From positions 1 through 64,000 of the IMG/VR virus record IMGVR_UViG_3300025759_000064: 64,000 bases of DNA; one strand, given 5' to 3'. The stretch is from a virus. Of this stretch, positions 49,352-57,222 are shown one piece after another. The translations under genes were made by a program, and so were the position numbers. Under the pieces are notes generated by a model. It worked only from the letters and a program-made list of their open reading frames with translations. It made no database searches and was not told the origin of the DNA. Numbering within the stretch: position 1 is the stretch's first letter; each line of letters begins with the position of its first letter.

Positions 49352-49710
49352 CAGCAGTTCCACCGTTTGAGCGCTGCGCCCTTCGGTGTTAGTTTTCCAC
49401 CTTTACTGGTCGGTCCTTTGCTCCCACCCATTCTAGCACAGAATGACTTTCTTCTGTTTGCCGCTTTACTACCGGGTTTTAGTGAACTTGGTTTTTTAGT
49501 AACAGGTCTTTTCAAGTTTGCACCTGTCTCTCGCTTGAACTTTGCACGCCCTTTTGCATTTAGACCACCACTTCTGCTATGCCTGTTTGGATTGTAACCG
49601 TGAAATGGTTTTGATTTCTTTTTTGCTTTTTCAAACACAGAATCTAACAGTGCTACTGATGCTTGTTGCATAGGTGTGCAACAGTCACATGTGTCAAATC
49701 CCATAGTCAC
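49351..49710 (-). CDS. Small basic protein (119 aa; recalled as DUF6321-like)
   Basis: GGLNAKGRAKFKRETGANLKRPV...RRKSFCARMGG resembles a widespread marine-virus family. Family name from memory, not searched. Confidence 0.65.
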   Translation of the reverse strand: MTMGFDTCDCCTPMQQASVALLDSVFEKAKKKSKPFHGYNPNRHSRSGGLNAKGRAKFKRETGANLKRPVTKKPSSLKPGSKAANRRKSFCARMGGSKGPTSKGGKLTPKGAALKRWNC

Positions 49711-50015
49711 CGTAACACACCCACCATCTTAACAATTGTTGGCTTTCCGCCCACACCTTGCTTTTTTGCACGTTTTCTTTTTGTTGCTGCTTGCTTCTGA
49801 CCTGATGACATAGAACCTGATGTTTTTGGCGTTTTGCTTGAAACCTTGATTGATGGTCTGCATTTAGGATAACCTTTACTAGATTTATTTGCTTTACTTC
49901 TACCACACGGAGGATGCTTACCATCTTTAGTACGCGACACATCTACCCATTTTTCTTTGAACCAGCGATTTAGGTTCTTAACTACAAGAGTATCATGGCA
50001 AGTACATCGTGTCAT
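49707..50015 (-). CDS. Small basic protein (102 aa; recalled as DUF5872-like)
   Basis: LNRWFKEKWVDV...CGR...YPKCRP motif. Family name from memory, not searched. Confidence 0.65.
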   Translation of the reverse strand: MTRCTCHDTLVVKNLNRWFKEKWVDVSRTKDGKHPPCGRSKANKSSKGYPKCRPSIKVSSKTPKTSGSMSSGQKQAATKRKRAKKQGVGGKPTIVKMVGVLR

Positions 50016-50173
50016 ACTACTCCTACCATTTTCTTAATACTCTTTTGTTTATCCATCAATGCGTAACAAGGACATTTAGGAGCGGATGCTGAACATTGAT
50101 TACCCTCAATCATACAAACGCAAGGCGTTTTACTAGTAGCCCCGCAACAACATTTGTCTTTCTTAAGTTTCAT
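50012..50173 (-). CDS. Cys-rich small protein (53 aa; not in ORF track)
   Basis: MKLKKDKCCCGATSKTPCVCMIEGNQCSASAPKCPCYALMDKQKSIKKMVGVV; ATGA overlaps on both sides. Confidence 0.65.
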   Translation of the reverse strand: MKLKKDKCCCGATSKTPCVCMIEGNQCSASAPKCPCYALMDKQKSIKKMVGVV

Positions 50174-50340
50174 TTTTTCTTTTTCCCCTTAAACTTACCA
50201 CGACAATATTGAACAGCCCACCCGTTTGCATACGCAGATGGGTAAACATCGAACTTTTTCTTTGCGGCTGCTTTTCCAGCAGGGCATAGTTTTTTCCAAA
50301 CCGCATCCATACCAACACAATGACCGCATTCGCAACTCAT
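50170..50340 (-). CDS. Small basic protein with YPSAYA motif (56 aa; not in ORF track)
   Basis: MSCECGHCVGMDAVWKKLCPAGKAAAKKKFDVYPSAYANGWAVQYCRGKFKGKKKK; ATGA overlaps. Confidence 0.7.
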   Translation of the reverse strand: MSCECGHCVGMDAVWKKLCPAGKAAAKKKFDVYPSAYANGWAVQYCRGKFKGKKKK

Positions 50341-51902
50341 TTTTTCACCTTAACCCTGCGAAGTGTACCTTTATTTTTGAAATGCCTTGCTCTATTTGAG
50401 TGTGCACTCTCTAAAGTTAATTTTCCACCTTGCGTGTGGCTGACATCTTTACCACCTTTTCCGTATATGCCCCGCTTCCTACGCTCTGTGTTTAATTGCT
50501 CACGATACTTTACACGCTTAGGTGTCTTTTGATATTGCTTGTCATACTCTAATTTGTGAGCAAATGCTGCTGGCGACTTGCGCTCTTTGAGCAACTGATA
50601 GGCTATGTCCATTGGTTCGCTGGCTAGTTTCCGATTTTTCCACTCAAAACGGGTAGTATATTCAGGATGGTCTTCGGGAAGCAACGACATTGGAGGACGT
50701 TCTTTACTTGGCTCAAGCCGTCTATATTCATTTTCAAAATGTCGTCTGTTCTCCCTTTTTTGTTTTTCATAATACCTATTGAACTCCTTTATTGAATCCC
50801 AATAGTCTTGTTCATTATAATCTTTTATATTTCCATATCCGTATAATCTTTCAGAGCCTTCATCTCGCTCGTATGGTTGGATATTGCTGAAATAATCATA
50901 TAACATATTTTCATCCATATCTTCGTCTTCCTGAATATTTTTAAGCAACTGGAGGGCTATGTCCATTGGACTACCTTTAGTCAATTCGTAGATTTCATCT
51001 TTAGTTTTACCATAAAATAAATTATGTAACTCATCTGCATCCATATCTTCTATCTTTTTTCGTTTAATCGGCTTACCCCAAGGTAAAGGTTTGTCGCTCC
51101 ATCTACTAATTCGGCCACTTGGCCTTCTGTCTGTATTACTAATATTACGACCTAAATTGGGAGTGCCCATCTCTAGTGTTTCGTCTTTATAATGTCGTCG
51201 CAATGGTACTTCAACTAAACTTTCACGTGGAATATTTTCATCATGCTCAATAAACGCTTCTGCTAAATCTTCTTTTGCTTCGTCACTATCTCTTCTGTGC
51301 ACTTTTCCGTATTTATCAAGATTTCCACGTACATAAACTAACTTATCGGGGGCATTATGGGTGTATAAATTATTAATATCTCCCATTGTATTATTTGAAA
51401 CCCAAGTTCCAGCCTTTGCATTTTTTAATCCAGCGAAAAGTTTTCGCGCGCGGGGATGATACTTACCATCTCTATGCGCACCTGCCATATAATACGGTAC
51501 ATTTGATATAGGGTCTTTCCTCCATCTCGAATTAGGGTCTTCCCAAACAGGGTCATTATCATGGGGTATTTCAGGAATCAGTGGTGGAAGTCTTGGGTCA
51601 CCTTCTTCATAGTTTATATTAGAGCCATCTTGCGGTACAGGTTCTCCCGCAGGTCTATGCGCCCCTTGTACACGAACAGCCCTAACGGGGTCCCATCCTT
51701 CCCAACCAGTTGTGTAATCTAATCTAGGGTCATGCATTGGCAACTTTGTTTGATAATTATTTTCAATTGTGTACTCCGGGTGATTTGGAAACAATTGCGC
51801 TCTTCTCGCTTGTTCCATCATATCCATATATTCTTTCGATTCTTTAATAGCCTCTTCATCTTCTAACGATTTTAGAAAAGCCCAAGATTTGTTAAACACC
51901 AT
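50337..51902 (-). CDS. Leader-punctuated polyprotein (~521 aa): possible ART-like domain, acidic segment, HNH-like basic domain
   Basis: Start MVFNKSWAFLK; internal PMDIALQLLK and PMDIAYQLLK; C-terminal GKDVSH...ESAHSNRARH. Confidence 0.65.
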   Translation of the reverse strand: MVFNKSWAFLKSLEDEEAIKESKEYMDMMEQARRAQLFPNHPEYTIENNYQTKLPMHDPRLDYTTGWEGWDPVRAVRVQGAHRPAGEPVPQDGSNINYEEGDPRLPPLIPEIPHDNDPVWEDPNSRWRKDPISNVPYYMAGAHRDGKYHPRARKLFAGLKNAKAGTWVSNNTMGDINNLYTHNAPDKLVYVRGNLDKYGKVHRRDSDEAKEDLAEAFIEHDENIPRESLVEVPLRRHYKDETLEMGTPNLGRNISNTDRRPSGRISRWSDKPLPWGKPIKRKKIEDMDADELHNLFYGKTKDEIYELTKGSPMDIALQLLKNIQEDEDMDENMLYDYFSNIQPYERDEGSERLYGYGNIKDYNEQDYWDSIKEFNRYYEKQKRENRRHFENEYRRLEPSKERPPMSLLPEDHPEYTTRFEWKNRKLASEPMDIAYQLLKERKSPAAFAHKLEYDKQYQKTPKRVKYREQLNTERRKRGIYGKGGKDVSHTQGGKLTLESAHSNRARHFKNKGTLRRVKVKK

Positions 51903-51903
51903 T

Positions 51904-52122
51904 CTAAATCCATCCTGATGTCCTCTTTGATTGTTGTGTCTTAGGTTGTGACGTAGGTTGAGGCGGATTGGCTTGCATATTTCTTTTAGCATCTGCGTTT
52001 TTAGCCATTATCATGTCTTGTAGAGACATAAAGCGACCTGAGCCGGGAGGATATTCGTGCATATCAATGGGGTCTGCTTTGAGAAATTGCCAAGCCTCAT
52101 TGAATGCGGTCAACCCAATCAC
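51904..52122 (-). CDS. Leader-bearing small protein (72 aa)
   Basis: TAFNEAWQFLK leader. Confidence 0.65.
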   Translation of the reverse strand: MIGLTAFNEAWQFLKADPIDMHEYPPGSGRFMSLQDMIMAKNADAKRNMQANPPQPTSQPKTQQSKRTSGWI

Positions 52123-53264
52123 CTATTTGCAAAAACATCTTTTGGCATACGAGGTCTTGGTTTGTTAGGGTCTGCAAATCGTGGGTCACCCGGTCTAGGC
52201 GCACCACGTGGTTTTCGCATTTCAGGCATACCTTCCGCCATTATTGCAGCCCGTTCCGCTTCATTCATTTCCGCTTGGCGTGCATCTTCATCACCAAACT
52301 CAGGTTTACCGTATGGCGGTCCTAAATCTTCCCCATCATATTCAGGAAAACCTTCATCATCGTATCTACTTGGACCGGGCATACTATCTCTAGTGTAATT
52401 ATTCGCCCCTTTTCTATGTAAATCTTCGTCTATAAAACGTTGAGGAGACATATCAGGAAGATTTCGTGCTCTGACGTGTTCGGGTAAATTAGATATTCTA
52501 AAGTTTTGCTTCAACATTTCAAATGCTTTTTGCATAGGTTTACCCCTGCCGGGGATTCGATGTAGCATTTTTGAATTGATAAGTTCTTGTAATTTTGCCT
52601 CACTTGCTGCTCTTTTACCAAGTTTAGTGTTTTTTAACGCTTCTTGCAAAAATGGGGCATAATCATCCTTAAAATCCCGCACCTCTTTATTAGTTGGGTG
52701 TGTTTGTTGGTATGAGTAAGATTGTGGTGCTTTGGTTCTTCTTTGGTTATCTTTGTTAGCATAAGCATTCATTTGGTCCATAGGGTCATCTACACTTCCA
52801 TATGGCATACTATCGGCGTAGTACTCAGGGTGCATATCTAACGTTGGGGTTTTACCATCACGGTAATCTAATGCACTTTCATTTGCACGAAGATTCAGAT
52901 TTGGCAAGTCTGCATTTTCGTCATTATAACTACCTGATGTCAAATGGGGGTTTTCTTTCATGCGCCTCTGCATCATCCCATATATCGCAGGGTGTATAGT
53001 ACCCGCACCCTCTTGCCTCTCTCCGACATCAGGGCCTTCTCCTTGGTAAGTGATTTCTGCTAGATTGGCTCTGTCATAAGCAGGTTCAAACATTTGATGC
53101 TCAGGTAGCGCTTTCAAGGTCTGCCACGATTTCTTCATAGGCATAGAGCCGTATTTCTTCATGTTCGGTGTAGCGGCATCGGTGGGCTTAGTTTTCATTT
53201 TTGGCCCAATGCTGATAATTACAGCAACGCCCTTTTTCTTTTTCTTGTCTTTCATTTTAATCAC
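52119..53264 (-). CDS. Leader-punctuated low-complexity protein (381 aa)
   Basis: Internal PMKKSWQTLK and PMQKAFEMLK. Confidence 0.65.
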   Translation of the reverse strand: MIKMKDKKKKKGVAVIISIGPKMKTKPTDAATPNMKKYGSMPMKKSWQTLKALPEHQMFEPAYDRANLAEITYQGEGPDVGERQEGAGTIHPAIYGMMQRRMKENPHLTSGSYNDENADLPNLNLRANESALDYRDGKTPTLDMHPEYYADSMPYGSVDDPMDQMNAYANKDNQRRTKAPQSYSYQQTHPTNKEVRDFKDDYAPFLQEALKNTKLGKRAASEAKLQELINSKMLHRIPGRGKPMQKAFEMLKQNFRISNLPEHVRARNLPDMSPQRFIDEDLHRKGANNYTRDSMPGPSRYDDEGFPEYDGEDLGPPYGKPEFGDEDARQAEMNEAERAAIMAEGMPEMRKPRGAPRPGDPRFADPNKPRPRMPKDVFANR

Positions 53265-53266
53265 TT

Positions 53267-53614
53267 TTAATTTTGATATTGTGGATTATTTTGCTGGTAC
53301 GGTGGCCTTTCATGCTCAAATGGGTTTCTTTTAGCCTCAAATGGTTTGGGTTGATGAGGTTGGTAAGGGTTGTAAGGTAGGTTGTTATCATTTGGATTAC
53401 CTTGTCCGTATGGCGCATTTTGCTTCATTCTCTCCATGTACTCGTCCAAAGTTCGCTGTTTACCTTCTTTTGATGGAGAGGGGGCGTAAGGGTTAGGTTG
53501 AGGATTATTTCGGTAAGGTTGGTTAGATGGATTGGAAGGCATTGCTCGGTGGTATAAATAATTCGGGTTAGGTGCGCTTTTCAAAAACGTCCACGCTGTT
53601 TCAAATGCTGTCAT
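53267..53614 (-). CDS. Leader-bearing Pro/Asn/Gln/Tyr-rich protein (115 aa)
   Basis: MTAFETAWTFLK leader; NPY/QPY repeats. Confidence 0.65.
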   Translation of the reverse strand: MTAFETAWTFLKSAPNPNYLYHRAMPSNPSNQPYRNNPQPNPYAPSPSKEGKQRTLDEYMERMKQNAPYGQGNPNDNNLPYNPYQPHQPKPFEAKRNPFEHERPPYQQNNPQYQN

Positions 53615-53883
53615 TCTCCTTGACCCCCTCTAAATGACTCAAACCATTCGGGATGGTTCTGTCTGTAAAAATCAATTATTTTAGCATCTTCTTCGTGGTC
53701 ATCTATTTTTTCACGTAATTTTGAAGCCTTTTGCTTCTTTTTACGGCTATCAGACCTTGTTTTACCAGTTTGATTCAGTGCCTCTTCCATGTAACTTGGC
53801 ATATCGTGCTGCATAGCAACTTGAGAGGAGGGGGACATTTTTAGCACATTTATTGCTGCATCTATTGGATTCATTTTATTCAC
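53611..53883 (-). CDS. Leader-variant small protein (90 aa)
   Basis: MNPIDAAINVLK. Confidence 0.6.
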   Translation of the reverse strand: MNKMNPIDAAINVLKMSPSSQVAMQHDMPSYMEEALNQTGKTRSDSRKKKQKASKLREKIDDHEEDAKIIDFYRQNHPEWFESFRGGQGE

Positions 53884-54055
53884 CTTTTACGCATCGGCGT
53901 GGTAACTACGTGCACCGCTAGTAATGCGATATGTCTAATATGTTACGCTCTATCCTGAGGGCGTGGTGGCTTCCATTCCGCAGGGTCAAGTTGTTGTAAG
54001 TTCTTCTTCTTTCCACATTCATTACCTCAAAAAAAATAAGCAGACTGGTGGGAAT

Positions 54056-54679
54056 ATGGAAGTCACCGCACCTGTTTTGGTTACTAAAGGCGTAGGAGAA
54101 ACAGCGCTAAACTTGGGCGCTCTTGCACTTGCACCATTTACTGGTGGTATGTCGGCAGTTGCCTTAGGAGCAGCAAGAGGCGCACAGGCATTGAGAGCGG
54201 TAAAAGCAGCAAAAGGTGCAAAAACTGCCGTAGGAACTACTCAAGCCGCTAAAACTACTGCTGGTAAAGTTGCAGTTAAAGACCCAATGGCTATGGCAAA
54301 CGCAAGACATGCAGAGCAAATAGCAGAGGCTGGTGAAAGCGGAGGTAGATTAGGTCAATTGCGAAGTAGAGCAGTAACACCAACGGCGGCAGAAGAATTA
54401 GAGGCTGCAACTTCAAATCAAGCAAGAATGAAAGATATAGCAAGCACTACTGATGCAGCAGCAGAAGCGGAAAAAAATCTTGCCGAATTACATGAGCAAC
54501 AAAAAACTGCAACAGATACAGCAGGGGCTGCTGCTGTTGTGGGAGTACAAGGCACAAACGCTGCCGCACAACAAAAACAGGCACAACAAAAAGCCGAAAT
54601 GGAAAGAATAGAAGGATTAGCGGAAGATGCTAGGTCAAAAGCCAGCACCGGAACTGGTGGGAAGGTAGCGGTGGCATGA
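54056..54679 (+). CDS. Ala-rich protein with hydrophobic LALAPFTGG segment (~207 aa); putative ejection/pilot protein
   Basis: Probable start ATG 54056 (GGTGGG RBS); hydrophobic Gly/Ala helix followed by a coiled coil; opposite strand to neighbours. Confidence 0.65.
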   Translation: MEVTAPVLVTKGVGETALNLGALALAPFTGGMSAVALGAARGAQALRAVKAAKGAKTAVGTTQAAKTTAGKVAVKDPMAMANARHAEQIAEAGESGGRLGQLRSRAVTPTAAEELEAATSNQARMKDIASTTDAAAEAEKNLAELHEQQKTATDTAGAAAVVGVQGTNAAAQQKQAQQKAEMERIEGLAEDARSKASTGTGGKVAVA

Positions 54680-54789
54680 TTGCCATGGCTCTAAAAGGCT
54701 ACATTAAACTGCAATTAGCCCAAATGATACAGCATTTGATTGTCGGCTTAGGACTTGTAGTTGTAGTTACTGTTATACTTTTATCTTAG
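54676..54789 (+). CDS. Small single-TM peptide (37 aa; not in ORF track)
   Basis: ATGA overlap; MIAMALKGYIKLQLAQMIQHLIVGLGLVVVVTVILLS; overlaps the 3' end of the lyase gene by 17 nt. Confidence 0.4.
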   Translation: MIAMALKGYIKLQLAQMIQHLIVGLGLVVVVTVILLS

Positions 54790-55621
54790 TATTTACAAAC
54801 TTGACTAGCGGTTCTAAGTCTTTAAGCGTAACACCACAATCAAGATTCTCTCTATCAGCCCAGTGTACTAACTGTTCTGTGGCTAAATTGCCCCCTGAGC
54901 CGGGTACAAACGGGCAACCGCCCATTCCTCCAATGCTAGAATCGAACTGTGTGATGCCGCAATCGAAGCCAGCAGACAGATTATCGTACATTCTGCCCTC
55001 TCTTACACCGTGATGTAGGTGCAATGCGATATTTGCATCTATCTTTCTGTCAGTTAAACGCATTACTTTGCGTATCATCGATGGGTTAGCATTACCTATG
55101 GTGTCAGACAAAACTATTGTATCGCCTAAGGTATTTGCCCATTCCATGGTTTTTAGCATGTCTTTTGGCGGTATTTCGCCCATAATCGGGCATCCAAAAG
55201 ATGTAGAAAGGTAAACTCTGACGTTTTTGGTCGGTATTCTGTCTAATGCGCCACTGTATTCAGCAAAAATTGTGTTTAGGTTTTTACCTAAGTTATTGAC
55301 ATTGAAGTAGTTTGACGGTGAGAAAAAAATATTATATTTTTCTACACCAACAGACTTTGCCCTTTCAACACCCACACGGTTTGGCACTAACATACCCAAG
55401 TTGTGCGTAGAGGCTAAATCTTGCACTTTGAGGAATACTACTTCGCTATCAGCCATATTTGGAACTCTGTCAGGATTGACCATTGAGCCAATTTCAATAT
55501 TTTTGATACCCGTATTTGCAATTTTACGTATCAAAGTCACCTTATCGTGCGTAGATGTGATTGTATCTGCGCTCTGCAACCCATCGCGTGGTCCTACTTC
55601 GTAGATTGAAAAGTCGCTCAT
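54773..55621 (-). CDS. hmgL: Hydroxymethylglutaryl-CoA lyase (DRE-TIM metallolyase), auxiliary metabolic gene
   Basis: EVGPRDGLQ, FGCP, DTIG, metal-binding HLH, DSSIGGMGGCPF and GNLATE. Start MSDF at 55621 (TAATG overlap). Confidence 0.9.
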   Translation of the reverse strand: MSDFSIYEVGPRDGLQSADTITSTHDKVTLIRKIANTGIKNIEIGSMVNPDRVPNMADSEVVFLKVQDLASTHNLGMLVPNRVGVERAKSVGVEKYNIFFSPSNYFNVNNLGKNLNTIFAEYSGALDRIPTKNVRVYLSTSFGCPIMGEIPPKDMLKTMEWANTLGDTIVLSDTIGNANPSMIRKVMRLTDRKIDANIALHLHHGVREGRMYDNLSAGFDCGITQFDSSIGGMGGCPFVPGSGGNLATEQLVHWADRENLDCGVTLKDLEPLVKFVNTKIKV

Positions 55622-56280
55622 TATTCTGTCTCCCAATCCCACATATCGGGTCTTTCAGTTTCACCAACACCCCCACCGTAAGCCAAATCTTTAATGTCTC
55701 TCGGCACATTGCCCCAAGTAGATTCATCATGCCAATTCATTGGCTGCCCTACGTTTTTACCCTGTCTCATCATAACTAATCGGTGCGGGTCAATCGCCTC
55801 ATGGATAAGCCCTTCAGGAAATCCTTCAGGACTTTGTTTTGCGTTCCTCCACTGCGCATCGAGATTTTTCGCGCCCTCAGGTGTCATACGAATCCCAACC
55901 ATTGAATGTCCCATTCCTTTTCCACTAGGCGTAGCACCAGCGTATGCGGGTGTAACATTACGAAAATCGGGTTTAGTCACCCAAAATCCTTTACCCCCAC
56001 CACGTGTAGTATCAAACTTTTTGTCATTTTTACCAGCCATTACATCTTCCCATTGCGAATTATCTTCTCCATAACCACGGTTTGCGTTTTGCGGCAAAGG
56101 CTGCAAACCTCGATTATCAATATCTTGCATATATTCGCTCGGTACAACACGCATCATCGACATCGGCCCAGCCCGACTAGGAAAATCTGCATGGTATTGA
56201 CCCAAGGTAGTTTGGTCAGGGTGCAATTCAGGATACAAAGGTGACTTTAGAACAGCCCATGCTTGGTCAAAGGGGTTCAT
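55621..56280 (-). CDS. Leader-bearing protein with possible ADP-ribosyltransferase-like fold (~219 aa)
   Basis: MNPFDQAWAVLK leader; MMRVV...IDNRGLQP...GFWVT...EGLIHEAIDPHRL pattern recalls Tpt1/ART-type domains. Confidence 0.5.
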   Translation of the reverse strand: MNPFDQAWAVLKSPLYPELHPDQTTLGQYHADFPSRAGPMSMMRVVPSEYMQDIDNRGLQPLPQNANRGYGEDNSQWEDVMAGKNDKKFDTTRGGGKGFWVTKPDFRNVTPAYAGATPSGKGMGHSMVGIRMTPEGAKNLDAQWRNAKQSPEGFPEGLIHEAIDPHRLVMMRQGKNVGQPMNWHDESTWGNVPRDIKDLAYGGGVGETERPDMWDWETE

Positions 56281-56648
56281 TGTTGACCCTCCCGATTCGC
56301 CCAAAAACCCTCAGCATCCTCGCTCTGCATGTGATTAGTGTTCTGCACAGTAAGTCCAGTAATTTTCTCAGCGTGGTTGTACATGTCCGTGGCTATACCC
56401 CCTCTCCGAAAACTCGGATGCGTGTAACTAGCCAAAGGAATCAAGTTACCGTCAGCCACTGAAAACTTTGCATAACCATATTTTATGGGCTTTTGGTCGT
56501 ATTTATCCAAACCCTGTATGGCCGCAACCTGTAAATTACCATGTTTATCGTATTCATGCTGCAACGAGAAATCTTCGGGGTCTCCGTAGTAAGGGAAATC
56601 CGGTTTAGGCATTTTGAGTACAGCCCACGCTCGGTCGAAGGCAGTCAT
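56277..56648 (-). CDS. Leader-bearing GNAT-like acetyltransferase (123 aa)
   Basis: MTAFDRAWAVLK leader; THPSFRRGGIATDMY; QSEDAEGFW. Confidence 0.75.
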   Translation of the reverse strand: MTAFDRAWAVLKMPKPDFPYYGDPEDFSLQHEYDKHGNLQVAAIQGLDKYDQKPIKYGYAKFSVADGNLIPLASYTHPSFRRGGIATDMYNHAEKITGLTVQNTNHMQSEDAEGFWANREGQQ

Positions 56649-57178
56649 TCATGCACCCCATCATACGGCCAACGTAGTCTTATCCCTCTATAATCATCTT
56701 GAAACTTAGTGTGAGCAGAACGCCTCTCATCTCCCTCATACGGCAATTCCATGTGTTTTGCCCAAAATGGGGCTGAGGATGCGCTTAACTGACTCGGAAA
56801 TGTCGTTAGCCTAGCATTTTTCTTCTTCGCCATCTCATTCGCCAAATTATAAACACCCGTCATCAAACCTCTTCTTCTGTAACCCTCTCTAGTTTTTGCA
56901 TGAGAAGTTTTCCATTCAGGGCCATAATGCTCGCTAATATGATTAACAGCAAGCGGTTTTCCATCATTATCCATAATTCTTGTATTTAGCCCATACATAT
57001 CATATTCCGACACCATTGGATAGATTTTGTTTGTTTGAGGGTCTTGAAATTGTGCTTCCATCCCACCGTCTTGTACGTCAGCCTCCTTAATGGGGTCCCA
57101 CCCTTCTATTTCTTTAATTGAGCCGGGGATTATCGGCATCTTGAGTATAGCCCACGCAATGTCGAATGCGTTTACCAT
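56645..57178 (-). CDS. Leader-bearing GNAT-like acetyltransferase (~177 aa)
   Basis: MVNAFDIAWAILK leader; TREGYRRRGLMTGVY; shares PxIPxS...AxFQDPxTNxI with 48660..49136. Confidence 0.7.
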   Translation of the reverse strand: MVNAFDIAWAILKMPIIPGSIKEIEGWDPIKEADVQDGGMEAQFQDPQTNKIYPMVSEYDMYGLNTRIMDNDGKPLAVNHISEHYGPEWKTSHAKTREGYRRRGLMTGVYNLANEMAKKKNARLTTFPSQLSASSAPFWAKHMELPYEGDERRSAHTKFQDDYRGIRLRWPYDGVHE

Positions 57179-57222
57179 GCGCCTCACACAGCGTTACTCT
57201 ATATCGAACTACCGCTAAATTA

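Noticed and set aside
15547-53000. Numerous plus-strand ORFs (e.g. 16391..17230, 24500..24931, 26132..26554)
   Set aside because: They are antisense to well-supported structural genes and show mirror-image composition.
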